Shown piece after piece: positions 13,701 through 27,234 of a stretch of DNA of 64,000 bases. The notes below the pieces were generated by a model. That model was given only the letters and a program-made list of their open reading frames with translations. It had not been told where the DNA came from and searched no databases. Positions within the stretch are counted from its first letter, which is position 1, and every line of letters starts with the position of its first letter. A program made the position numbers and the translations under genes. Origin of the DNA: Trichinella spiralis (taxonomy: Eukaryota); the NCBI RefSeq assembly GCF_000181795.1, contig NW_003526945.1:460917-524916 (forward strand). Reading direction: 5' to 3'.

Positions 13701-16700
13701 GAATGCTAATAGTGACAAGCGAAACGCGTCACTTTTACTGTACACTTAGAACTATGTGCTGAGAAAAGTGGCCTTAGTAAAGTGCTATTTGTGCTTTTAA
13801 AAATCGTAGAGTGTGAAAACGTTTTAAAATTGCAAACTATTTGATCAGAAACGTTATTAACAAATTTTGCACAAACCAAGTAGAACATAAAACTTAGTAC
13901 ATGCCAGTATTACAAAAGTAAAAACTAATACATAAAGCAGTGGTAACAAGCACTGGCAGTTGTTTCTCAAATTGGCAAAGTAAATTAGCACAGCTTTGCT
14001 TGTCTGTTTCAAAATTTTAAGAGAAAGAACATTGTGCCATATAATAAGGAGCAAACTAATAAATGGGCTATTGTTTTTATGGCTTCTTTTGACAAATTGT
14101 TATTTAGCAAATGCTTCTTAAACCATTAAAAAGCAGTTGCGTCTCAAAATAAAAATGAAATGAATTTTCAATCGTCAATGAATGAATTGGTCAAATCAGT
14201 TATAAAAACGTAAAATCAGGTGCAATTGGCATTCTGATTATGATTTTCATTATGAGCGAACATATGTAAAATATTTAAAACTAATTTCAGGAATGTTGAA
14301 TGTTTTGTTAGCTGCTGTAGCTAGTTTCATATTCTGTTCAGCGTAATTATAAACTGAAATTATTGATAATTTAAAAATTTACAGTTTTCATGCAGCATTA
14401 ATAAGCACGGTTATATAAATCCACTCAGTAAACAACAGCATGCAAATTTAAAAGAAAAGTATTTATGTCTGCAAATATTTAAATAGTCAATTTTAAATAA
14501 ATAAATATTAACTTTGCTCAACTGCCTTTGTTATTGAAATGCTAATTATTTCATATTTGTACGTGTTAGAGTTTGTCTGTTCATATCACAAGTTTTTGTA
14601 AATCACATAAAAAATTGAACCAATAGAAAGCCAAATTACATATAAAGTTGAAAAATATAATAAAACTTTGGCATAAATTTAATATTGCAATATGTTTTGC
14701 CATGTTTTGACCAGTCCTAAAGTTATAGGAATGCAAAAAGATAGTAATAAATAACGTGTAAAATTGCTAATTTATATTTGCTGAGTTGTAACTGGATTGA
14801 AGTCTTTAAGCATTCGTTGCTTCTGTGATTAATTATTAAAAACGTTAATGTAACTTAAATTAGCTTTGTTTTCTGAAAAAATTTATTTCTTAAAAACAAT
14901 TTTTAAATCTGAAATTTTTATTATTAGTAATTTTCACTATTAGTTTTTCAATAAAATTGCAGATGAAAATGCTTAATAATCTATCATTTTAAAATTGAGT
15001 AAGAATTGTAAATTGCATATGTTAAACATGGCGGCAGTTGGATGATTGATGATGTGATTAATAAAATATATACGTAAGAAAATAAAATAAGTAATGCTTT
15101 GAAAGTAGAATAACCAAATGCCGGCTAGTTAAAGTATGATCATTAAAAGCGTTAACAAGGAAAAGCTGTCTGGTGTAAATTTTAGTTGCACTGCCATTGC
15201 AAAAAGGTCATGGCTGGAAGGGTCGAAGTAAACAAGCTGTTGTAGTTCCAAATGCGCAATATTTATTCAGTTAGAAAATCGTGAACAGCACCTGTAGCTA
15301 CTGCTGAACGCAAATTTCTGCTTTGAGCAGCTTACGCATGCTGAATAGACTACTTAGTGCCAAGCGATGCCTGGTCATTGGAAACTTAACCTCAACACCA
15401 AAGCCAGTCGTTTCATCGGTGCCACTCTAGTTTTACATTGTACTGCTGAACGCTGAATGCTACATCCTTGATTTTACCTTTACATTTAGAATTTTTATTT
15501 CTACAATTCTGTTTTCTTTCTTGTCATATTTCATTATTCCGTTTTGCAAAATAAATATTGCATTTATTTGGACTTTTACAACAAAGAATTCAGTAAGTAT
15601 TCATCAGTATTGTTTATTATTAATTTCATTATTTTAATGAAATGAATTTCATGCTTTTATCAAATAAATTAATATTTTCCAATGATTACAAATGTTGAGT
15701 AGTTTAATGCTTCTGAAATAATTATGGCTTTCTTTTACTTAAGCAGAATTTGAAAAACGCTAAAAAAACTTTTTTCTCTATTCAGAAGTGGCATCAATTT
15801 TATAGCACTTTTTCTTTTAATTAAAATATTTTTGGTTTGTGTTTATAGCTTAAATCTTTTCACAACAGATGCATAATCGAACCATTTATAGCAGGTGCTA
15901 TTAGTGCGTTGATAAAATTACGAGGCATTGATTTTATTATAAAGCAATGATTGAAGAAATAGCTTAAGAAGATGCTTTATTTACAAACTTGCCTGAGAAA
16001 AGTCGATAGAACTTTTCATTAAATGATCCATTATACTTAAAACTTGACAAAACGGTTTTATTTATTCCACATTTGCTTTGCTTAAAAAACGAATCAGTAA
16101 TTTAGCTTTTTCACACTGTATACTAAACGTATTTGACCAATAAATACTTTTTTGCATTACACATACATGACTAAGCAAACTATTATATTTTATTTCATTG
16201 AAAGCAATTGCACACAGAAATATTTTTCAAATTTTTAGTAAATTCACAAAAGTTCAATGAATACAATGAATATTTTATATGAAAAACAATTAATATCAAC
16301 ATCAAAAATGAACTATATATATATAAACTGTACAGTTTACAAAACTAAGCGCTTTGGTAAAATTAATAGCACTAGAATGAACAATTTGGGTATCAGGAAA
16401 AATAAATTTTAAAAGAATTTGTTTCCATCAAATGGAACTACAGAAATAGTCGAAATTTAGCCTCAAGGAGCTGGAATGCAGAAGCTTAACTTTGAAAAGG
16501 TCATGACAAACTGCGATTTCTATCAATCAAGCTGTCAAGCAGGGAAATTGCTTCCGCTAAAAGACGGACTCGTATAATAAAATAAAAGAGATTCGAATAA
16601 AAGTTAGGCTTCATCAGTCATCAGTAAAACCATTTCGTGGCTTAGTGAAGAAAAGCTGAAAATTTTCCCCCAAAATCGTAGGGTCAGCGTGTTACGTCAA

Positions 16701-17767
16701 AATGTCCTCGAAAATGTCAAGCCAGGTGACGCTGTTGCAACAATAGAAGGTATCTAAAGCTTTGACCACTTTCACCTTGCTTTCCAACGTGTGCTTTATA
16801 CCAGTACTGAAAATTTAGAACGCGACAAATTTTTAAACGTGACCGGCTTGACTTCTCTGGGCAAGCGTGTTATAAACATGAGGGGGGACAAGAAAGCTAC
16901 TCAATAAACTCATTTGATATTTAATGCTAAAGCTTATCTACAATGCGTTCGGTTGCCTGCTTTGCCACGATTATTTCTATTTTTTCTTTTTTATATCACA
17001 GTGGGGGGATGTGCAAAATGAGCTTCACTGACTGCTCTGTTTCTGGGTGTTGCGGGTAATAAAAGGCAGTTGCAGTCTTTTGTATCTGACACCTGCTTGC
17101 TATGCAAGCTTGCAGCAAGCTGGCCTTGAATTTGAACCATGATTATTAGCGTCCTCGACATGAAGCTTGCAAACACCAGGCTGGGTTAATTGACATGAAA
17201 TTAACGTGTCGAAAATCGGTCGACAATGGAGGGTCGCGGTTGTGACCCAACAAGAACAGGCGGCGACCGTAACCGCTTGAGGTCAAGCACCCTTGGACTA
17301 GCTGGCTTGACTGCAGCGTTGGCTATTGTATGCTGTTGCGCCCAACACCCTTTGAACGGACAATGCCCTTTGAGGTAAGGCGCCTGCCACTGCAACAAGC
17401 TTTGTTTTATTTGTTTACCTACACTTCCGTCGTTGACAGCATCATAACACAACTTTTAACCTCTTCACTATAACGTAACTCAAAAATCTGGCTCAGTTGT
17501 TCATTTCCCTAAGGATATAAATTCAAACCACCTGCTCCTTTTTCCTTCAAAATATAACAGATTTCTTTTTAACAATATGATATTTTAAATTTTGTTTTGC
17601 AACTTTAGTTGCTTTCTCTTTTATAATTTCAAATAACATTTCTAGTTTATTTTGGAATATTTTGCACAGCTGGTCAGCGAGCGTCAAAGTTTAGCAGGTG
17701 CCAACTCTGGCCGTCCTGACCTTCTAGCCTGGGTTGTTAGAACGTTTTTGTCAAAATGGGTGTCGCG

Positions 17768-17965
17768 CTGATTGGCGGCCACGCGTTTTGCACATGCAAG
17801 CATTTTTCAGTAATAGCGTACGACTACGCATGTTCACTTTTTCAGGCAAGACGGATATTGGCGAATTGGTGACGGCGTAATCGATTGGACATCCGCTGCA
17901 GGCGGATTACGTCCGATTGGCGCTGATTTGACAAGGCCATCTGACATTGAACGCTGATTGGACAG
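17768..17965. promoter_or_regulatory. Cluster of six inverted CCAAT boxes (ATTGG), candidate NF-Y promoter of the COUP-TF gene
   Basis: ATTGG at 17771, 17857, 17865, 17884, 17916 and 17957 in a GC-rich patch immediately upstream of the NR2F ORF. Four are GATTGG and two of those are CTGATTGG. Confidence 0.55.
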
Positions 17966-17981
17966 CTGATGAGGCAGAGGT

Positions 17982-20900
17982 ATGGTAAGCTGGTTGCAAG
18001 CAAACAGCAACAGCTCTGCGCGTCCGCGGCCAGTGTTTAGTTCAGACCAAGCACAATTTCTTGATCCAACTTCTCCGTCCATGCTTCTCTGGTCAACAAT
18101 GGACAACGCGCATTCAATAACAAAAAGTCACCATCAGGCTGATTCTGAAGATCCCGTGTCTACGTCATCTTCCTGGACATCCTTAGATTTACCATCCTTG
18201 TCTGTTAAAGAGGTGGCAACAAGTAGCACAGATGCCACACCACGACAAACTTGCGTACGAAAAGCAGCCATTAATTTGAGAGTTAGTTCAGCTAGTAGCA
18301 ACAGCAGCACTGCAAGCAGTGAAGGCAACGTCGATGGTAACCGTTCTGGAGGAACTAAAATCCTACTAAATCCACCCAAAGCTGATCCGTTGGAGAGAAT
18401 GTCATCATTGGGTAGCCAATCTCCTGCTACTCCGACTTCATCAGTTGCAAGTACAGGAGATGTTTTGTCAGCAGCATTAGCTGACTGCACTGAGCTCAAG
18501 CTTTCTCCAACAACTAGCGCAGAAAAGCAATCTTCTCAATTTATTGAATGTGTCGTTTGTCATGATAAAAGCAGTGGAAAGCATTATGGTCAGTTTACTT
18601 GTGAAGGTTGTAAATCATTTTTCAAGCGAAGTGTACGTCGGAATCTTACTTATACTTGCCGGGGTAACAAGAACTGTTCTATTGATGTTCATCATCGCAA
18701 TCAATGCCAATACTGCCGACTAAAAAAATGTGTAAAAATGGGAATGCGCAAAGAAGGTAAGCGTTTTTTTATTTGTTTTGTGATGTGAATCATTGAGTAA
18801 GTAGTTAGTTTGCCACACCTTTGACAAACTTAGGTGTGGTGCATCTTTGAGTGAAATAAGAAGCGCATTAGAATTCGTAATTCGATCCACCCATAGCCAT
18901 TAATATCAGTCTCTCGAGACAACAACGCAATCAACATGATAAACGGCTACTTTACAGTAAGAACATTTAGGAAAAATGTGAGCCTTACAAGTTTGCACTT
19001 TTATATTTTTGAAAGTGCATTCTATTTCTGCGCCACGGTGCCCTGAGCTGTTCAAAATTTCAGAAAGTTTTTGAATAAGAATATATATGAATTTAAAGCG
19101 CAGTTTATTGCCACTCAGTAATGCACTATTAAAATGAGTTTTTAGAGGTTACAGAAATGTAAAAAGGAAATGTTTATAATGAGAAAAGATTTAAAGCAAT
19201 GTTTATGCCATGACTTTTTGTAATTTTTGAATTTCGATGTTTTAATATTTTTGAAAAGACTTTTAAAAATTAAACATAAACATCATTAGACATTTGAATC
19301 CAAAAAGCTATGAAGTAAGTCCAAAAAAGTTCTATTCAAAATGCATTTTATAGCGAAGCTCACTCAGATTTTATAGCTTTATCATAAAACTGCAACGACC
19401 CAGAAGAATTTAATTTTATGGATGAATTTTATTTTCAATGTTCAACTTAAAATTTTTTTAGTTGGAAATCATAATGCCCATTCATCGGTTTCAACATTCG
19501 AAGTTCAGTGTAGCATTTTCAGTTATCATTGGGTTTATAATTATGAGAGTATTTTTTTTTCTTAATGATTCTTGATAAAAATTTATATTGATTTTTTATA
19601 GTTTGATGTAAAATTTTTTGTTTTATTGACGAATGATAGAATTCTTGAAAGTAGGCGTTTTGAGAATTTAATATAGCTGTGTATTCCTGGAATGCTTCAA
19701 GAATAATTGTTGTTTAAAAAAAATAAATTTAATGTTTATTCAAGCATGAAAATTTAAGGCTGTCATCTGCATTTGCATCTGCGGAAAGTGAGAATCATCA
19801 GCGAAAGTATCTATCAATTTTTCTTTTCCTACGAATAAGCAGATGTTAGTAGTTTGACAAGGCCGCTGAAACGATCCGGTTTTTAATATGTAGTCTTTAA
19901 ATGACTGTCTGAAAGCGCTGTTTATGGCTAAAATGTGAATAATTATTTTAAATTTTACTGTGTTTTATCAAAAAATATCCGTTTTTAAGTTCCACTTAAA
20001 AATTTTAATCACATTTCTGATTATATCAGTGATAGTATTTTATGAGTTGACGTGAGTTAGCAGCAGCTGCGCTTTTCAGTGAACAGTTAAAAGAAATCTA
20101 ACATTTTTGTTTTCTAAAATGCAATTAAGCAATTTGTCAAGTTTGTTTCTGGAAAAGATAGGTTTGAAACGTATTTACTCTACTCGTGACTGTGATGACT
20201 ATTTTTTAAACAATGCACTTCTGTTCAGCTGTTCAGCGCGGACGCATTGCTACTAACCTCAATCCGTATGTCAATGCTGTAGCGTTTGTCAGTGGTGATT
20301 CTATCGCCGGCAACCATGCCTATTTATCAAATTTTGTCACGCTTTTACTTCGTGCAGAGCCGTACCCTATTTCAAGATTCGGAGCTGGTATAAAATATCT
20401 TTTGTAATTTCACTATTTGAACTCAGCGAATTGAAATGCAATATTATTTAGGTGTACTCCAATCGGCTGGAAATATTGTAGGAATTGACAATTTATGTGA
20501 ATTGGCTGCTAGACTTTTGTTCTCAGCTGTGGAATGGGCTAGAAACATTCCATTTTTTCCAGAACTATTGGTCACTGATCAGGTATGTTTTTCTTTTTTT
20601 ATTTAAAAATATCAAACATTTCACTGATTGCGTTTTAAGGTGGCTTTGTTGCGTATGGCATGGTCTGAGCTTTTTGTACTAAATGCTGCCCAAGCAGGAA
20701 TGCCATTGCATGTGGCACCTTTGCTTGCAGCAGCTGGCTTACAAACATCTCTGATGGCAGCTGAAAGAGTAGTCCTATTCATGGATCACATTAGAATTTT
20801 TCAAGATCAAATTGAAAAATTAAAAATGTTACAAGTCGATTCAGCTGAATATAGTTGTATCAAAGCAATTGTTTTATTTACAACAGGTAAGTTTATTGAA

Positions 20901-23900
20901 GTTATTTTTAAAAATTGCATCACTATTTTAAAATTTACAATCACATTTATGTTTAGTATTTTGTTGACATTTACTATACAAAGGCACTAATGAGAGAACA
21001 GTGGAATGCAGATTTCTCAAACGTTAAATAATGTAATGCAAAAGGCTCTATACACACGTTTTTTAATAAATAGTCAAAAATGAAGTTACAATTTCACCGT
21101 GAAAAAATTCAATGACATATAAAATCACTCAAAAATGGAAAATATGTATTTCTTTTAGAATATGATATATATCACGATGTATTTACAAATATTTTATCAG
21201 GATAAGATCACATTATGCATTTAAATATCTTCATTACAAACTTGCCACTAATATTTCATAGTGATAATAATAAAGCTAATAGTGAGAGTATTTTAATTAC
21301 AAAAAAAGTTTTTTGTTCCGATTTAGCTAATATCCATACTTCTTATTAAATTTTGAGAACATAGTGGAATAGAATGTGAAATGTGAAACTTGTCAGAAAA
21401 TGAATTATAAGTTCACATTTTGCAAAAGTAATTTCAGCTTAAGATGAGTATACTGCATATAAATTACATTTGTAAACATTGCGTATTAACAATATTATAT
21501 AAACTCTAAGTCTATTTGACTATAAAGTGTTTTTACGCCTAATTATTATCTTTTTTAATAATGCTAAAGTAATCTCAAAGAAAAAAATTATCATTTACCT
21601 AAGCGGAATTTTTATCTTTTTACGTGCAACTTTATTGAAATAATAACAAACAGTAAATTACAATACAATACAGATAGCTGTTTTGCTTTTATTGTTAGTT
21701 TCATTTACGCTAGGAAGTTAAGTCCACAACTTGATCATGCTTTAAAATACTTCGTGTGGTCTGAGCATTGAAAATAGTCTAGTTATTTGTTGAAGAGCTG
21801 AAACAAACAAAGTACAAAAAACGGGAACTGCATAAATTGACCTTAAAATGTTAACTATCTTTCCAACAGCTGGTCAGCTAATTCAATGAGAAGGAAAATG
21901 GATGTAAATCTAGAAATCTATAATAAATGCCATCATGTTTTATGGTTTTCAAAAGAAAGAAAATCAACTGAATTATGTTGTTCAGGATTACTATTCGACT
22001 TATGTATGGATTTTCATGTTTAAAATGCTTTGATTTCATTTATGCTCTTATGTGAAAATGCTTTTTAAGATTGTAAAACATTTTTTTGTACGTTTTTTAG
22101 TAGTCTGCTTCTGCAGGACAATTTCAGGTTAATTAATGCTATTGATATGCAATAGTGATGCTTTTTACTATACAGTCAGAAGAATGTAACAAATTTAGTG
22201 ATAGAATGTGGATTTTGTTTTAGAAAATACTTTTACAGTATGCAAAATATGATCGATTGTAGTATGTCTGCTTGCACTTTACCGTAGGAAATAGTCAAGC
22301 GACTTGGGATGGTCGATTCTGTGCACACCCTGCGTCTGCGTCGTTTAATTTTACTTTTATTTATACGGTTCACAATTTCGTTATGCCGTAAAAGAATTTT
22401 GAGCAATCGATTGTTAGGGGAAAGTTCGCGCGCCAGAAAAGAATAGACGGTTGCTTATCAACCCGCAAAGCTGTCCCGCCTGGGTAACTGGTCTTTTTAT
22501 AAATTGAGCAAGACGAGAAAGGCGTATTGGCCTACTCCAGCATTATCCTTACTAATTGATGGCCTAATCAGTCTGGCAACATGTTTCTAAGCTGTCCGGA
22601 GGATAGCCAACACGTCATTGTAGAGCATGCGCTTCATTGAACACCTAATGGTTGAAGCTGGTGTTTGAAAAGAATAAAATGGAATCGGCCCAGTCGAGAT
22701 GAAAAGGTTCATCACATCAGGCGACAGTCGAACGCAATCCAATTATTGACTTTCATTGATTTAGCCTGCGGTTGCCTGTCTATATCCTAGTTTCATTGGC
22801 CAAATAATATTTAACTACGGCATGTCTAATGCTGATTCGTCACATCAACGACACGTTCATGTTTTATCAAAACTGATCAACACCGACGGATGTTAGTCAC
22901 TTTTTTCCTTAGCCTTTTATTTCAACAAAGAAGTGCTTGTCACTGACGACCAATTTGTTGCTTTTGCAGTGAACCTGAAAAATCATTTTACTATTTGTTT
23001 GACAGCTGTTTGAGCTAATAGTGAGCGTATTAGTCTAAATGGTAACTGTGTCGAGCAGAATGAACAGAAGCGGAAACAGCTTAGCTTGTTGCGCTGTCCA
23101 ATGTTTACTGACAACAGTTTTACAAAGTGAAAAACATCTCATTCATTATTTTCTGTGGGCGAGTCATTTTGACAACTGACCTTCGCAAAAAGTGATTTAA
23201 AACAGTAATTTGCATTTAGCTATATCAAATATCACAGTGAAAAATTAAGATGTTTTTAATTGAATGGTTTTTCTAATGTAAAGGTCTTTAATTGCATTTA
23301 ACTGTTCAACAAATAGGACTTTTGAAATTCTACAACAGTTATATTTTTCACTTCACTATTTTTATTAATATCTAGTTATCAAAAATATAATAAATAATGA
23401 GTCGATTTTGCCATAAAAAAGTCTGAGGGATTTAAAACAAAATTGTTTCTATTTTCAGCACTGTCGGAAATGTTTTCTAAAATGATTTTGAAAGTACTTA
23501 TGAATAGTATTATTATTTGTGCATTGACATCATGAACAACTGTCGTGTGAATAGCATCGTTTGTTGTCATAAAATAAAATGCTTTTTCCCATAGCAAACA
23601 ATTGCAGTTAATCAAATTTTGAGGTGAGCAGGCGCAACAGTCAGATGTTGACGGTTTTTTTCTACCGCCTGTTCATTATAGACTTATCAAACCACGCTTT
23701 ATTTGCTTTAAATCTAAAGATTGATTCAGGAAAATGTGCCTAACTTTTTTGAATTTTCCATAAAACATGTGTTTATTTGCTGTTGTCTGAGGTTCAAACA
23801 ATTGCTGGTGGCATTTTTAAACAGCTCATTGAGAAACTGTTAATAAGTTTGAACGTAATTTTTAATCACATTATTTGAAGTGCAATTCCAGGAAGCAACT

Positions 23901-25447
23901 TATGAAGATCTGATTTTTGCATTTAAGTATAAGTTAAATTTGAAATTATAATATAGCGTCTTCTAAGAATTTCAAAATCTTTTCTTTAAAAAATTTAATT
24001 AACTATGTACAGAATTAATAAAAGCAAATTGGAAAATTTGCTCTGTTTATAGTAAATACTAAACAAAACAAATCAAGTACAATAATTTACCAGATGCATT
24101 GTATGAAAAATATTTTAAATTTATACGACATAATTAGTAGCTAATAGCCAACTGTTCTTTTAAGCAGTTTTGTAAGCAAATACTCTTAGCATGGTAATCT
24201 TTCATAATGGATTTAAGCAGAAATGATTAATATGTTTTTAACGTTTTGCCACAGATAAGAATAATGCCCTTGAATATTAAGAAAGCTCTTTTTAACTTTT
24301 CTCAATGAGAAACATAACCCTTTTTAAAGGTCGAATGACAGGGCCTAAAGTCGAGATTACAGTATGCTGATCGATGCTTAGAAGCGATAATTGCAGCCAA
24401 AGCGATTCACATTCTGTCATTTTAATCACAGGTTTCGCGTAATCGGTTGTCACAGCACGGTTCCCCTTCGACTTGGGCTTGAAACTGACGCGCAAATCAG
24501 TCGGCTCTTAGCTCATATGAAAAGAATGTATCATTTTTCTTTAGATAAATTGGTCAGCTTTGTTTAGTTCGATTTTTATCATGACTCCTATTATAGAGGT
24601 TTGTGGTCCCTTTACGTTTAATCAACACGATTGACAACTCTGATCGAGTCATCATTATAGCCCTAAATTTTAAACATCGATTTTCTCCAGCAGTCAGCAA
24701 ACAATTGTAAAAACCTCTATCTGGCCTGTTTTTAAATATTTTTCAAAACACTCTTTATTGCCTATTTTAATAGTTTCTTGCTTGATTTATCACTCATCGC
24801 AAAAGTATGTTGAATGACAAAACCTTAATTTTGGCACTAAATTGAATAGAACAAAGAAAACCGATTTCAGAAAAAATAATTTATTTCAAAACATTTCTGT
24901 GCAGTTAGAAATTTAAGACTGTAATGCGATAGAAAAACGGAAAGCAAGTTTTGTATTTTTGTTCTGATATCTTAGATGAATGTCTTACTAAACGTTCAGA
25001 TGTTGAGCAGATTTGAGTCATGTTTATAATGAAGCATTTGTTTCAATGTTCAAAAAGATGTTCTTTCTTAAGTTCATAATGATAAGAATTTAAGCAAAAC
25101 TACATATAAGTATAAAAAGTAATAAATTATTTATAATTTTGAAATTAAAATGATGTTTATTTGGTGATTTAGACGCATGCGGATTGTCTGAAGTTGGACG
25201 AATTAATTTGCTGCAAGAGAAAGCGCAATGTGCTTTGGAAGAATACTGTAAAGCGCAGTATCCTACGCAGCTGAATCGGTTTGGAAAATTGCTGCTTCGG
25301 CTGCCGAGTCTCCGTAGCATCAGTTCTTCAGTTATTGAACAACTCTTTTTTGTTCGACTTGTTGGAAAAACACCAATTGAGACTTTAATTCGAGATATGC
25401 TGCTCAGCGGAAACAATCTCATTTGGCCATACATGCAACTAGGATGA
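17982..25447 (+). CDS. svp: Nuclear receptor NR2F (COUP-TF/seven-up/UNC-55 class), 5 exons
   Basis: Exons 17982 (or ATG 18081/18099)-18756, 20229-20387, 20452-20582, 20640-20886, 25173-25447. [110 protein letters not shown]. The start codon is uncertain. Confidence 0.96.
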
Positions 25448-25970
25448 TGCGCTATTCAACATTGAAATGGATATATCACTTAGCGAGTCTCATGTTTGTG
25501 TTTATTTTTCATAAAATAACTTTTTCTGTAATGAATTTACTGAATGCGAAATGCGTGCTTATCGGTGATTTGATTTCAGAATGACTGTGTTGCGCAGTCA
25601 GTTCAGAACTGTTTCGCTTGCTTGCTTTTTACCAAAGATTGGCTTAGGCCAATACTATTTTCCACTTTAAAACTACTGTATTTTAATGCATCTGGCTAAA
25701 ATACTTTCCACTGGGCATTCATGAATCTAAGCTTAAACAAAGGAAAGCAGTCTAATAAGATTTTAGAACTGTGTGGCAGTGCAAGGTGCGTAAAAGCTTA
25801 CTATGGAAACCACACCCGGATGTTTTGATTCTGCTCTTTAAAGCACTGATCACTGTTTCAATTGACCTGTGTAATTATTATGAACGGTGATTTTTTCGTT
25901 TGAAGCGTGTCGAATGTTTAGAATGCTTAATTTTATACTTCTATTTATAGCAACGTTGACTGGCTAGCTA

Positions 25971-26025
25971 TTGACTAGCTTGAGTGTTATGCGAGCTTCG
26001 TTGCATAATACCCAAGCTATGCCAA
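25971..26025 (+). other. Stem-loop in the probable 3' UTR of the COUP-TF gene
   Basis: TAGCTTGAGTGTTATGCGA (25976-25994) pairs with TTGCATAATACCCAAGCTA (26001-26019): 16 Watson-Crick pairs, 2 G-U pairs, 1 mismatch and a 6-nt loop. AATAAA follows at 26052. Confidence 0.5.
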
Positions 26026-27234
26026 AACGTACAATTGCTTGTCATTTTTAAAATAAAGTTTCTGCAGTAAATCTAATTTGTAGTTATCCTATTTTCACTT
26101 TAACGCCCTGACTTTATGCATATCTCAAGCCTGTTTAGAGAAAACTGCATAATCCATTTAGATACTTAAACTGATTGAAGAATACATAAATTTGTTATAA
26201 TAATCGAATTTGAATTAATTTTTGCACAAATAAGTCTTATAACAGAAACTGTTTTAAAGGTAAATTACTCTGTTGAAGATAAATTATTACTGCTTATATA
26301 CGTTATTGAAGAATAAATTTATAAGCACTAAAAATAAAAAAGCAAGCATAACTTTTAATTTATTTAATTAATTAATTTATTTATGTTTATTTATTTGAAA
26401 CAGCATGTTTATTGCTAAAACTGAACTTACAAAACCGTAGTGTTTTTACTGCTTTTATATTTTAAAACGTTTATTTACTTTGCATAAAGATTATCAAGTA
26501 TTACTGTAATTTTTACATGTTTAATTGTTAAATCGATTTATTTATGATGTAAAAATTTAATTATTCTACGTAAGTGCTGCATTTTTTATTATAAAACGTG
26601 AATTTTCTCTTTATAAAAATGCATGGATTATTGCAATAAATGTATTACTTATTAATAATTTTATCAAAGAAATTTCAATTGAATATTTCTATTTATCTGC
26701 TTTAGTAAACTGTATACAAAAAATAATTTTTCTTTATAAAGCTCCACATTTTTGCAGAATATTGGAAGCAGTATTCAAAAGTTGTTTTGTAAGATATGAA
26801 AATTAGAAATAATCAACGCTTGAAAAATGTTTTTCTTCGAAAGCAACCGTTACAAAGTTGCTTGATTGAAAAGTAAAAATAGTTGAAATATTTACTGTAA
26901 GAATAGAAACAATTCTGCATTCTCTTTTGCATGAAAAAAAGCAGCGCTTTATCAATGAAACGACTAACAGCCCGCTTGCTACCTGCTATGCAAACAAACA
27001 TGTCAGTGACGTTTGATTGAAGATACGTCACTTGATGGCATTCAAATTTTTCTCAGGTCACATGTTACCACGGGCTGTGTCAAGCAATTTTCCATTTTCG
27101 AACAACGTTTATGAATTTGTTCCATATTTGCAATGTCACAAATTGCACAAACAAAACAACTAGCTGCAGCAACAGTAAGCAAACTTTCACAAAAATTTCT
27201 CTGATAAATAAATATATGTTAAAAAATTAATATT

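Noticed and set aside
18134..18499. Antisense ORFs over coding exons (also 25090-25434, 32210-32497, 51847-52278, 59413-59844)
   Set aside because: Shadow ORFs opposite well-supported exons with no independent protein features.
18811..18842. Short hairpin GCCACACCT...AGGTGTGGT in COUP-TF intron 1
   Set aside because: Only about 9 bp of stem, plausible by chance in 64 kb.
20221..20236. Tandem CTGTTCAG-CTGTTCAG alternative acceptor
   Set aside because: The second copy encodes the conserved AVQ residues, and using it would frameshift the receptor.
25445..26025. TGA stop plus 3' UTR hairpin considered as a selenocysteine/SECIS system
   Set aside because: The hairpin lacks the AUGA/GA quartet and apical AA motif, and the protein ends at the normal COUP-TF C-terminus.
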